64,000 bases of DNA, taken from assembly GCF_006345805.1 (NCBI RefSeq), contig NC_043006.1, positions 85,870,001 through 85,934,000 on the forward strand, written 5' to 3'. Origin of the DNA: Octopus sinensis. Its lineage: Eukaryota. The notes under the pieces were generated by a model. The model had not been told where the DNA came from and did no database searches. It worked only from the letters and a program-made list of their open reading frames with translations. Positions within the stretch are counted from its first letter, which is position 1; each line of letters opens with the position of its first letter. A program made the translations under genes and the position numbers. This document shows positions 63,436 through 64,000 of this stretch, in pieces.

Positions 63436-64000
63436 GACACACGTGATGTTTTCCTATCATGTGTTAAGCAAATGAATAGTGCTGTTTCAAAATGGTAATT
63501 TAGCCAGTTGATAAAATATAGATTAATAAAATACGTTCCTGGTGAAAATGAAACCTGGGGTAACTGGGAGTGACTAAAAAGTGCCCCAGCATGACCACAG
63601 TACAAAAACTGAAACTAGCAAAAGAATAAAAGAATCATAGCTCCACAATATATATTCCAAAGAATCTACATCTGTACTATTTCAGCTATCTCCGACATTT
63701 AAATCCTAGGCCATTAAATTTACTATGCTCTAATTCACAACTGACTGAACACTGAGGTTATAAACGATAATAATTATTGTAATTAGGTTAAATAAGCATA
63801 ATTCCTTAGCATTGAACTAATGTGATGTTTTCATTTATTTCTAGAACATTTGGTAGTGTTTCACAATGTATTTATATATATATATATATATGGCACGTAA
63901 AAAGCACCATTTGAGCGTGATCGTTACCGTCGCCTTACTGGCACATGAAAAAAAACATTCAACCGAGGTCGATGCCAGTGCCGGTGGACTGACTCCTGTG

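Overview
AT-rich, repeat-dense eukaryotic DNA. It is most likely an octopus or other coleoid cephalopod; this is inferred from the SINE/LINE families and the huge (TA/CA)n arrays and is not provable here. Two host genes are recognisable and converge tail-to-tail. AURKAIP1/mS38 is on + (CDS 23741-23795 + 23958-24577, ~224 aa). An SHC adaptor gene is on -: one PTB exon at 59169-59288 and three CH1/SH2 exons at 36580-36746, 35794-35925 and 31083-31211. Its middle exons are not visible, probably lost in or around the 100-N gap at 44975-45074. The rest is RTE and CR1-like LINEs (one near full length, 46.4-50.4 kb), several tRNA-derived SINE families, a maT-like Tc1/mariner relic, MITEs and kb-scale TA-rich arrays that produce the spurious Y/I/M/C ORFs. 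The most striking unexplained structure is a set of small fold-back elements that look like MITEs but carry type I minimal hammerhead ribozyme motifs, usually as back-to-back pairs on opposite strands (11.5 kb, 50.6-51.7 kb, 52.1-53.0 kb, 56.9-57.0 kb). Single or decayed motifs lie at 3.5, 4.15 and 56.5 kb. This matches the inverted-tail architecture of Penelope-like elements. Three of the motifs lie sense within the SHC intron. All calls were made by eye; no database search or folding program was run.
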